DNA of 64,000 bases from Octopus sinensis (Eukaryota). Positions 13,491 to 24,015 of the stretch are shown here, piece after piece (the stretch's first letter is position 1; the number at the start of each line of letters is the position of its first letter). The stretch is taken from the NCBI RefSeq assembly GCF_006345805.1, contig NC_043002.1, positions 106,888,001 to 106,952,000 of the forward strand, given 5' to 3'. Below the pieces are notes generated by a model. It was given only the letters and a program-made list of their open reading frames with translations. It ran no database searches and had not been told where the DNA came from. Both the position numbers and the translations under genes were made by a program.

Positions 13491-13563
13491 ATCCACTGGT
13501 GGTTAATTCGGATCATCACAAACTCAGCCAGTTTAGTTAGCAACCAACTACTATCATCTAGTT

Positions 13564-13950
13564 CAGAGGTCACCAGACTTTTTTCACAGAGAGAATGATG
13601 AGCAAGGGGCCACATAACCATTTTGTTCAAAACCAGTGAATACACAAAAAATAGACAGACCAACATCTTTGTCTACCAAAAAGTTATCAAAGAAGGCGAC
13701 CTTAGCAATAAGATAGTTATATCACACCCAGCACACACATATCCGAATCTCACAAACTAAGCAGTAAAACAGGCTGGTGGGATTTGGTGTTTAGCTTTTA
13801 AGATATCATCAATATTTGCTTTGGAATTGCTGCATCCAACCAAGAGAATTGCTTTCAAATGTTCATCCGTCAAACTCGTTCGATGTGCTGACTTCAGATT
13901 CTTTATTTTTGAAAATGTTTGCTCACAGACATAAGTTGTTCTAAAACTCA
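13564..13950 (-). mobile_element. hAT (Charlie/SPIN-like) transposon 3' relic
   Basis: TTYVCEQTFSKIKNLKSAHRTSLTDEHL is the hAT dimerisation motif; terminal CAGAGGTCACCAGACTTTTT...GGGCCACA resembles Charlie/SPIN ends. Confidence 0.8.
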
Positions 13951-13978
13951 TCATATATATATATATGTGTGTGTGTGT

Positions 13979-14260
13979 GGAGGCGCAATGGCCCAGTGGT
14001 TAGGGCAGCGGACTCGCGGTTTCGATTCCCAGACCGGGCGTTGTGAGTGTTTATTGAGTGAAAACACCTAAAAGCTCCATGATGCTCCAGCAGGGGGTAG
14101 CAAACCCTGCCGTACTCTTTCGCCACAACTTTCTCTCACTCTTTCTTCTGTTGGCCTGCTCGCTTAGCCAGCGGGGTGGCGTCATTCGAGGGCTAAAACA
14201 ATGCGAACGCATTGTGACCAGCGATGTGTAACTACATCTGATGGACTGGTTGGTCACGTG
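13979..14260 (+). mobile_element. SINE family C (alternative 3' module), in microsatellite
   Basis: Same head as the 26144-26515 copy; similar copy at 44412-44722; head-only copy at 61012-61147. Confidence 0.88.
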
Positions 14261-14599
14261 ATATATATATAATATGGGTGGCTAATTCGCAATTTTACAA
14301 CCTAATGGCAGAAATATCTACGTCACTAAAGTGGCAAATGGCACTAATCGGCACCAGTATTGCTAGAAATAAGAGTCAAAACAACTCAATCGTATGTGTA
14401 TGAATGACTGTTTACATTACAGGTACCCTTTGTTAAAAAAAGAAAACAATGTAGATAATGTTCAGTTAAGTGTTATTTGCATTGTACGATGCAGGTTTAC
14501 ATAATTTTATATAATTTACGCATAGAATTCATTTTGCTACGCTCTGCAGGTCGTTTCTTTCTTCTGATGACACTCTGTTGAGTAGAACCAATCTGCGAA

Positions 14600-15095
14600 T
14601 TAGAGAGAAAGAGAAGAAAAACTGTCCACAGTTGTGGAAATTAGCTGTCCAGCGGATGTTAACATAAAGCTGAAGATCAGTGAAAAAGAGAACACCTATG
14701 CTGAACTGTTGAGAAATCTGCAGTTACTCTATCCAGATTACAAATTCAGGTTTATATCTGTAATTATTGGGGCCTTGAGAAATTAGGCTTCTCAAAACCA
14801 GAAAGGAGAAAGCTGATTCGAAGACTACAGATCCAATCCATCACTGGAACTGTAAAATCTGTAAAACTTTTCAGAAGTTTATCATTTAAATATATATGAG
14901 CATGTCTAGATATGCAACTTTATGCATGAAAATACATACATAAAACATACAAATCTACATATACATACATACATATATATATAAAATTACCCTGTTGTTG
15001 GTGTTGAAATTCCAATGAAGGAGCCTTGGATCTAGGTTAGAAACCGGTTCTTTCTCTATTGGCGAGAAATCTTGAAATATACCGAATAATGACAT
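14600..15095 (+). mobile_element. R4/Dong-like (REL-endonuclease) LINE 3' end
   Basis: TVVEISCPADVNIKLKISEKENTYAELLRNLQLLYPDYKFRFISVIIGAL followed by a 3' UTR shared with 5605-6005. Confidence 0.75.
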
Positions 15096-15233
15096 GTATG
15101 TATATTACTCAAAGAAATTCCAATTTTGTATGATTTTCACGTTTTATTTACAATCTTATAATAATATAGTATAAGACATTATTAGGTAATATAATATAAT
15201 GAAATGATACAATATCAAATGTCCGTTCTATTT

Positions 15234-15278
15234 TGAACTAGTACTTTCATGCATTAAACTATGCAATCTTCAGGTTCA
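15234..15278 (-). ncRNA. Minimal type-I hammerhead ribozyme (Penelope-like element type)
   Basis: Minus strand reads UGAAC-CUGAAGA-U-UGCAU-aguuua-AUGCA-U-GAAA-GUAC-UA-GUUCA: 5-bp stem I, intact core, 5-bp stem II, palindromic AGUACU stem III, CUA cleavage triplet. Confidence 0.8.
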
Positions 15279-16029
15279 TGTAGTGGTGACAGTTATGTTT
15301 TACAATTTACAACTGTAGTGAGATGGCTAAACTGTGAGCCTTAAATACATTTGTATAGGCTGCAGAATGTTAATTTTTGCAAACTGTATTCTGACCAATC
15401 AGTGTGTGGCTTTACTAAATTACTTAACCCTTTAGTGTTTAATCCGGCCCAATATATTCTACATGTTTTATATTCAAACTGGCGATATCTAGCCTCTCAC
15501 TCCTAACCTACAATGCCATTCTGAAAATAAGCAATCACATCATTGAAACCTCAAAGCTATAAGATAATGCTTGATTAATTCAAAACAATTTGAGTGAAAA
15601 AGTATTACATTTAACAGAGTAATCTGAACACTAAATTACTTAAGTTGATTGGTTTTTGGTTTAGGCATCACGGTTTCTTGAACATATCAAGAGACCTCTA
15701 TTTTGACCCTGGCCAAAACAGTAATTGTTTGGCTATTTTTTAGAAATGTTGCAACCATTTCCCAAAGATTTTTACATTTCACTTATCATCAACGCCATTA
15801 TAATCTCCTTTATTATCGTCGTCGTTGGTGGTGTTGGTAGGAATAGCCGTGGTTATAGAACTTTAAACCCCAAAAGGAAGATTATTTTTACTGACTTTTC
15901 TCTTGACTCAGCTAGTATTTTCCTGTTATCATCATCATGAGCACCTTTAGTATTGTTGTTGTTGTTGTTAGTAGTAGTAGTGGTCGTAGCAGTAGAAACA
16001 GTACCTCTAAGTATGAGTATTATTGTTTA

Positions 16030-16329
16030 CTAGCAGTATCGCCCGGCGTTGCTCGGGTTTGTAAGGGAAATAACTATATAAGCATTTTTAGAGAGTTACT
16101 TCCCTTATATAATAGCAAAAAAATGCATTAAAAATTGGGAAAAATTTATGGTGTATTTTTTTTTAAATCGTAGACTCATCGTAGACGCGCGCTAATACCC
16201 AGAAGGGCTCGATATGAATCACGACTATAAGATACCCACTTTTGGTTAAACTGCACCGCAAAATGTGGGAGTAGTTAAGAATCTAAATCGTAGGAGACAG
16301 ACACACAACTTCACTTTTATATATAAAGA
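16030..16329 (-). mobile_element. Non-autonomous Helitron
   Basis: Same family; TC...CCCG-agcaacgc-CGGG...CTAG; A^T insertion. Confidence 0.88.
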
Positions 16330-16330
16330 T

Positions 16331-16610
16331 TTAGCTTGACTTGAATTTATTAAGAAAATTCTTTTCCCTGATTTTTCTCTCAATTTCACATGGACTGTGT
16401 AGGTTGCAGAATGGAAATATATTTTCCGACCACATATTGCTAGAAGGTTACTCAAAGGTATCTGACGGACATCTAGATCTCTAATTTGCTGTTGGTACAC
16501 ACGTGAACCTTCTGATAGTGCATTTCCAGTTTGACCTATATATAGTTCTTCACAATTCAGGCATTTGATGCAGTAAATCAAATTTCTGCTACTGCAGTTC
16601 ATATTTGCAT
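16331..16610 (-). mobile_element. Penelope-like element GIY-YIG endonuclease fragment
   Basis: MNCSSRNLIYCIKCLNCEELYIGQTG: xIY...CxxC...YIG motif typical of PLE endonucleases; degenerate downstream; bounded by a SINE and a Helitron. Confidence 0.85.
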
Positions 16611-17006
16611 TTACTCTTTACTCTCTTTTACTTGTTTCAGTCATTTGACTGCGGCCATGCTGGAGCACCGTCTTTAGTCGAGCAAATCGACCCCGGGACT
16701 TATTCTTTGTAAGCCCAGTACTTATTCTAATGGTCTCTTTTGCCGAACCGCTAAGTGACGGGGACGTAAACACACCAGCACCGGTTGTCAAGCAATGCTA
16801 GGGGGACAAACACAGACACACAAACACACACATACATATATACGACAGGCTTCTTTCAGTTTCCGTCTACCAAATCCACTCACAAGGCATTGGTCGGCTC
16901 GGGGCTATAGCAGAAGATACTTGCCCAAGATGCCACGCAGTGGGACTGAACCCGGAACCATGTGGTTGGTTAGCAAGCTACTTACCACATAGCCACTCCT
17001 GCGCCT
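16611..17006 (-). mobile_element. SINE family A, full length
   Basis: Reverse complement of the family A pattern. Confidence 0.9.
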
Positions 17007-18218
17007 ATTTGTGAATATTTCCCTGGTTTTTATGTATATATACTGGCCGTTTATACAAATTGTGATGGAACTTATTTTCGGCAAGAGCATTAAAGAAGAC
17101 CAAACGTAGGATATTTCTGTTAAAAGTACGAGACGATGTGTTTGTTTAATGAATTTGTTAAAATCTCGCAAAATATTGGATCTTTACGAAATTTGGAAAT
17201 TATATTCTATGCATAAAGGCTATAACCCCCATGACAATTCATAAATTTTTGCTGTTGATGAAATTTTAACCATAGATATATTAGACACAAATGAAGTAAT
17301 ATTTATAAAATTTCATCATCTTACAAGTTCACGGGGACTTAACACCCACAATTTAGTCATTTTATCTAAGCAAAGACGAATACAGTTGTACTCTTGGAAG
17401 CTGTAGGATCACCCGAGCATAAAAGATGGGCATTATTCGCTCATTATATTATAGGCACAAGGCCTGAAATTTTGTGGGGAGATGTACCTAATTGATTACA
17501 TGAATACCTATTTCTTTACTACCCACAAGGGGCTAAACACAGAGGGTACAAACAAGGACAGACAAACGGATTAAGTCGATTACATCGACCCCAGTGCGTA
17601 ACTGGTACTTATTTAATCGACCCCGACAGGATGAAAGGCAAAGTCGACCTCGGCGGAATTTGAACTCAGAACGTAACGGCAGACGAAATACGGCTACGCA
17701 TTTCGCCCGGCGTGCTAACGTTTCTGCCAGCTCGCCGCCTTAATTACATGAATACCAGTACTCCACTGGTAGTTACTTCATCGATCCCGAAAGGAAGAAA
17801 GACGAAGTTGACCTCGGTGAGATTGGAACTCAAAGCGTTAAGACGGAAGAAATGGCACCAAAGGCATTTTGTCCAAGGCAGGAACAATTTTGTCAGCTCC
17901 CTTACCTCACGCACTAAACAACACAAAAACTAATCAAACCTCGGATGACTATTTCACTAAAATAATAAAGGGAAGTAACTTATACGTATTTACGGTATTC
18001 TTTTATTCGTTTCAGTCATTTTGAGTACAGCCGCCATGCTGGAGCACCACCTTTAGTCGTACAAATCGACTCAGGACTTATTCTTCGTAAGCCTAATACT
18101 TATTCTATCGGTCACTTTTGCCGAACCGCTAAGATACGGGAACGTAAACACACCAGCATCGGTTGTCAAGCGATGGCGAGGGGACAAACAAAACACACAA
18201 AGTGTGTGTATATATGTT

Positions 18219-18251
<33 letters not shown>

Positions 18252-18863
18252 ATATATATATATATATATATATACGACGGGCTTTTTTTAGTTTCCGTCA
18301 ACGAAACCCATACACAAGGCTTTGGTCGGCCCGAAGCTATAGTAGACGACACTTGCTCAAGGTGCCACGCAGTGGGACTGAACCCAGAACCATGTGGAAT
18401 CTCTACCTATGTATGACTGAAGTTATTATCCCTGTCACTGTTAAATTCGCCTTATTGCATGATTTGTATATTCATGAGGCTAATTCTACATTAATACAGC
18501 ACCTCATCTCTCCGCTGCCGTTCATTATACCATTCCAGAGCTCTGTTCTGCCCGTCAAGATCTACGTTGTCAAATGTGCTGTTTCCTTTTTAAAATGCTA
18601 TTATCAATGAGGGATATTTCGCTGCTATTTCAAATAGGTTAATTGTACTGGAGGAATATAATGCATCTGCCTTTTGCAAAGTTAATGGCTGCAACCTTAG
18701 CAGGCGTCAGAAATAGGGAATCTAGTTTTTTTTTCATTCGCAAAATATGCATTTCTTTAAAAGACAGTAAAAAAAATCTGAAAATCGACTATAATAATGT
18801 GGCCTTCTAGCTAATGCCACGCTGTCTGTTGATTGACTAAAATTACCCAAATTTTATATTTTA

Positions 18864-19164
18864 CTAGCAGTATCGCCCGGCGTTGCTCGGGTTTGTGAGG
18901 GGAATAACTATATAAGCATTTTTAGAGAGTTACTTCCCTTATATAATAGCAAAAAATGCATTAAAAATGGAAAAAAATGACGGTAAATTTTCTTTTAAAT
19001 CGTAGACTCATCGTAGATGCGCGCTAATACCCTGAAGGGCTCGATATGAATCACGACTATAAGATACCCGCTTTTGGTTAAACTGCACCGCAAAATGTGG
19101 GAGTAGTTAGGAATCTAAATCGTAGGAGACAGACACCACACAACTTTTCTTTTATATATAAAGA
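18864..19164 (-). mobile_element. Non-autonomous Helitron
   Basis: Same family; TC/CTAG termini, A^T insertion. Confidence 0.88.
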
Positions 19165-19633
19165 TATTTTGTCTTTCACATTCTTTTTCATTAACATCCG
19201 AATGAGTTATCCGAAACGGACTTAATGCAGTATCCCGTGAAAACATATTTCTTTTTCTGTTACGACTTTTTTCATGTTTTCTTCATTTTTTGCACTGACA
19301 AGAATGGTAATATATAATTAAATTAATCATAATTAATTTAATCTCTTCCATGATGCTATTCCCATTTGAAACGATCGTATGCATGGATTAAAATGTTATC
19401 AAACTCTTAACATCTCTTCTCCATCTTTAATGGTTTTCTTGAGTTTATAAAAGACTGTGTTCTATAAATGCTCATAATATACCTTATATTTGTATAATTT
19501 TTATATTTTTAATGAAATACTTGCAATAGCAGGCCACAAATTTAATATGAAGAATCTTTATTAGAAATCTAACTTTGGACCCCACAAAGTAAAACTGTTC
19601 TAAGTGAACTCAACCTTTCTTTTATATATATAT

Positions 19634-20028
19634 ATACTCTTTTACTTGTTTCAGTCATTTGACTGCAGCCATGCTGCAGCACCGCCTTTAGTCGAGCAAC
19701 TCGACCTCGGGACTTATTCTTTTGTAAGCCCAGTACTTATTCTATCGGCCTCCTTTGCCGAACCGCTAAGTAACGGGGACATAAACACACCAGCATCGGT
19801 TGTCAAGCAATGCTAGGAGAACAAACACAGACACACACACGCATATATATATATATACATATATACGACGGGCTTCTTTCAGTTTCCGTCTACCAAATCC
19901 ACTCACAAGGCTTTGGTCGGCCCGAGGCTACAGTAAAAGACACTTGCCCAAGGTGCCACGCAGTGGGACTGAACCCGGAACCATGTGGTTGGTAAACAAG
20001 CTACTTACCACACAGCCACTCCTGCGCC
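19634..20028 (-). mobile_element. SINE family A, full length
   Basis: Reverse complement of the family A pattern. Confidence 0.9.
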
Positions 20029-20040
20029 TTATATATATAT

Positions 20041-20073
<33 letters not shown>

Positions 20074-20074
20074 G

Positions 20075-20260
20075 GTATCTAAAAGATACCATTATGCTAG
20101 ATATAGCAGTCAAAACTTGACTTTAAAACCACATCAAGTATTCCATACAGCACCAGTCCTCAGTCAAACCGTCCAACCACTGGTGTTGTATGAATATTTC
20201 ATGTGGTTTTAGAGTCAAGTTTTGACTGCTATATCTAGCACGATGGTATCTTTTAGATAC
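20075..20260. repeat. Inverted repeat (arms about 82 bp) with a SINE-derived spacer
   Basis: 20075-20157 pairs with 20179-20260; spacer cctcagtcaaaccgtccaacc matches the (GAT)n-tailed repeat family. Confidence 0.9.
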
Positions 20261-20557
20261 TCTTTATCATAATTTTAATAATAATTATTACCTATGAAGA
20301 TTTTATTCCCATGCTAGCCACTTGATATGATCGGTAATTTAAATAACGATCTTATCGTTATATATATACATATACATACATTATATATATATATATATAT
20401 ATATATATACAAAAAGCAATAAAGATTCAAGTTAATTTAAATGAATTTACTTGAATATGGTACCTAACTTAGATGCACCAAAAAAACTATACTGTTTTAA
20501 CAATACAGTAATGTGGGGTGATTATAAGCGAGAAAGAAGCAACAAGAATGGATAGGT

Positions 20558-20648
20558 TTTTAGTACAATCGTTTCATACAAGGACAGGCTTTATTAAAAG
20601 TTGCAAAAATTACAGCATATAAACGTGTCCCGTACTCATCAGCTAAAA
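20558..20648 (-). ncRNA. Mirror copy of the same hammerhead on the minus strand (left arm of palindrome)
   Basis: Reverse complement of 20693-20783 within the 20523-20818 inverted repeat. Confidence 0.72.
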
Positions 20649-20692
20649 TACATGAGTTCTCTAGACTAGGATGTCTAGAGAACTCACATGTA

Positions 20693-20783
20693 TTTTAGCT
20701 GATGAGTACGGGACACGTTTATATGCTGTAATTTTTGCAACTTTTAATAAAGCCTGTCCTTGTATGAAACGATTGTACTAAAA
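20693..20783 (+). ncRNA. Type-I hammerhead ribozyme with long loop II (right arm of palindrome)
   Basis: UUUUAG-CUGAUGA-GUACGGGACA...UGUCCUUGUAU-GAAA-C-GAUU-G-UA-CUAAAA; predicted GUA cleavage after 20777. Confidence 0.75.
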
Positions 20784-20812
20784 ACCTATCCATTCTTGTT
20801 GCTTCTTTCTCG

Positions 20813-20847
<35 letters not shown>

Positions 20848-20852
20848 GTCAA

Positions 20853-21195
20853 GACGCATGGCTCAGTGGTTAGAGCGTCGAGCTTACGATCGTGAGGTTG
20901 TGAGCTCGAATCCCGGACCGGGCTGCGTGTTGTGTTCTTGAGCAAGACACTTTATTTCACGTTGCTCCAGTTCACTCAGCTGTAGAAATGAGTTGCGACA
21001 TCACAGGTGCCAAGCTGTATCGACCTTTGTCTTTCCCTTGGATAACACTGGTGGCGTGGAGAGGGGAGGCTGGTATGCATGGGCGACTGCTGGTCTTCCA
21101 TAAACAACCTTGCCCGGACTTGTGCCTCAGAGGGTAACTCTCTAGGTGCAAACCCATGGTCAGTGTCTGACCGAAGGGGGTCTTTACCCCCTTTA
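20853..21195 (+). mobile_element. tRNA-derived SINE family D
   Basis: TGGCTCAGTGGTTAGAGC A box, GAGCTCGAATCCC B box, TTGAGCAAGACACTT CORE-like block; decayed relative at about 59400-59520. Confidence 0.8.
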
Positions 21196-21252
21196 TACAT
21201 ACATACATATATATATATACATATATATATATATACATACACATATATATAC

Positions 21253-21292
<40 letters not shown>

Positions 21293-21332
21293 ACATACAC
21301 ATATACATACATATTTATATATACATATATAA

Positions 21333-21384
<52 letters not shown>

Positions 21385-22454
21385 TATATATATAATATAT
21401 ATGTATGTATATATATATAAAGTTAATCCAAACATGAAAGCACAAAAAAAAAACACAACAACGCGAGGACGTGGAACAAATATAGTATTATTGGACGTTC
21501 AGGAAAGAAGGAGGGCTTAACGTTTCGTCGGAAACATAGGAGAAGGAAAGATCCAGAGAAGGGAAGACAGAGGAAAAAAAAAATATATATATATATATAC
21601 ATATATATATGTGTATACCGGTGGCACGTGAAAAACAACATTCGAGCGTGGTCGTTGCCAGTGCCGCCGGACTGGCTCGCATGTAGGTAGCACGTAAAAA
21701 CACATTTGAGCGTGGTCGTTGCCAGAACCGCCTGACTGGCCCTTGTGCCGGTGGCACGTAATAACACCCACTACACTCTCGGAGTGGTTGGCATTAGGAA
21801 GGACATCCAGCTGTAGAAACTTTGCCAGATCAGATTGAGCCTAGTCTAACCTCTGGCTCAGGTGCAGCCCTCAGTCAAAGTATCCAACCCATGCCAGCAT
21901 GGAAAGCAGGCGTTAAACGGTGATAATGATATCTCTTGTTTCAGTCACTTGACTGCGGCCATGCTGGGGCACCGCCTTTAGTCGAGGAAATCGACTGCAG
22001 GACTTATTCTTTGTAAGCCTAGTACTTATTCTATCGGTCTCTTTTTGCGAACCGCTAAGTTACGGGGACGTAAACACACCAGCATCGGTTGTTAAGCGAT
22101 GTTGGGGGGACAAACACAGACACATATATACATATACGCGACGGGCTTCTTTCAGTTTCCGTCTACCAAATCCACTCACAAGGCATTTGTCGGCCCAAGG
22201 TTATAGTAGAAGACACTTGCCTAAGGTGCCACACAGTGAGACTGAACCAGGAGCCATGTGGTTGGTAGGCAAGCTACTCACCACACAGCCACTCCTATAC
22301 ATACATATATATATATATACATACACACACACACATTTACCTTCTGTAGCGCAACTCCTTGTGAGTTTTGAACCAGCACTCTCAGATTTCCTCAGCTCAA
22401 AACCACGATCGCCCGCACCACCGCCGTATAAGGCATAACGCCTACGCAAATATC

Positions 22455-22545
22455 GCCCGACCAATCAGCACTGGATCACGTATTATGGTTGATCCGGAGA
22501 ACTTCAAAAGAAGTATACGAATTTTCCCCGCCAAAAAATTTGATC
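22455..22545. promoter_or_regulatory. Candidate promoter: CCAAT box, CHR-like and E2F-like sites in a CpG-retaining unique stretch
   Basis: gaCCAATcag at about 22460, TTCAAA at about 22503, ttttccccgccaaaa at about 22522; motif matches only. Confidence 0.3.
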
Positions 22546-23424
22546 AAAAATAGTGAAAATTTCGACGATCTCCATACGAAACAACGTATTTTCTCTGTTC
22601 AATGAGCTGCTTCTACCGCGCTTTTCCGCCTTTTTACATATATATTAATGATGTGTTCAATAAAAGGTACCAACGTAGAATAATTATATCGAAAAACACA
22701 CCCATTATGTGCAGTAATTTATAACTCCTACTTATTTCGTCTTCAAGAACTATGAACTACTTTCGTAAATTTATCTTAACATGTATTACGCATATTTCCT
22801 CACTATTATGTCGATTGTTCAATTTAATTATTTATTTGTACGCATGTAAGTATAAGCGATGCGGGTTTAATAAAATATTAGTGTGCGTTATCCTGGTCTT
22901 CACACGCAACCCATCTAATATTATCAACTAACAACGCATCAAAAACACAGCTTCCACAAACATGTTTAACTTTAACCTTTTTCCTTTTCTTTTATGAATG
23001 TTCTAAATAAAACTCATTACTTCTCTCTTTCTCTCTCTCCACACACACACGAATTACCATTCCCGTTTAGACTTGTAGCTACGATCTTTAGAAGAGAACT
23101 GATGCTGCTGCGTAAACATTAATTTATTGTAAATAATTTAGGCGGCAGAGGTTTACACTTCTGATAATACGTAGAAAATTAATAGAACATTATATATATA
23201 TATATTTATATATACTTACTTTATTGTTGTGTTATGTCCTATATATTTACAACAAAATCAACTGAGGCAAGATTGCTAAAAGCACCGATATCAACAAATT
23301 AATGATAAAATTATCAAATGTAGATTCGTCGATCGCGTTGAAAAACAAACAATAGTTACTGGATGTATGGTTTAAAGAAAGTATAAATGTTTGATATTAA
23401 ACGACTGCTTTTAAGAACACAAAA

Positions 23425-24015
23425 TTATGTGGGCTCAACTGAAGGTTTTTCTGATTCCTGTCCAGGTAATTCCATTGTAACGTCACTTGATGCTGCAACG
23501 CCCATCATCAACTGATCGTGGGCCAGCATCATTGAGACAACTTGATCATAAGAAGGAGGTAAAGAATCGTAAGGCGGATCAGTTCTTGACAGTGGACAAT
23601 AGATACTCTGTAACACTTCTTGGTAGGAGGGCAGTTCTGCTACGCCAGCTGAAGACCAATTTGTATCAATGTTATTGTGAATAGTCTCTATGTTGTTGCT
23701 TCCATCTTCGACACGATTTCCACCGTTTTCGTCGATCGGACAAACTGTTTCTTCTCTACGTTTTTTCGCGATCAAAAACTGTTTAACTGACACTATCAAC
23801 ATTAGAAATGACAAAAGCAACAGAAACGGACCTGTGATCGATTCCCAGAATATGATATTCCATTCCAACCAGGTGATGATTATTCCCAAAAACAACAAAG
23901 TAACTGAAACTTTTGCAAACATCATTGCAAGTCGGAATTCTTTAATTCCTGGTTCCTGATCCGTGATGTTGTCAGAGGAAACATTCAGCTGGTCGACAAA
24001 TGCCATCGCGTGCAT
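23425..24015 (-). CDS. Intronless 196-aa two-transmembrane protein with C-terminal PY motifs (PIRT/TMEM100/TMEM171-like architecture)
   Basis: ATG-to-TAA ORF in a repeat-free, CpG-retaining block; two hydrophobic helices (the second starts with GP), basic stop-transfer KKRR, then LPSY and PPSY motifs. Confidence 0.85.
   Translation of the reverse strand: MHAMAFVDQLNVSSDNITDQEPGIKEFRLAMMFAKVSVTLLFLGIIITWLEWNIIFWESITGPFLLLLSFLMLIVSVKQFLIAKKRREETVCPIDENGGNRVEDGSNNIETIHNNIDTNWSSAGVAELPSYQEVLQSIYCPLSRTDPPYDSLPPSYDQVVSMMLAHDQLMMGVAASSDVTMELPGQESEKPSVEPT

Larger units (their letters stand above)
20523..20818. repeat. Near-perfect inverted repeat (arms about 145 bp, 6-nt loop) next to (TA)n; probable PLE terminal repeat
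   Basis: 20523-20666 is the reverse complement of 20673-20818 apart from one 2-nt indel. Confidence 0.95.

Noticed and set aside
13979-14045. tRNA-like heads of SINE families A-D as tRNA genes
   Set aside because: They continue into SINE bodies and lack complete cloverleaf pairing
15010-15050. CCAAUGA...GAAACCGGUU in the R4-like LINE 3' UTR
   Set aside because: Core deviates from CUGANGA and there is no convincing stem I
21515-21540. Minus-strand CCGACGA overlapping GAAACGUU
   Set aside because: No stem II between the core halves; at best a deletion-collapsed relic
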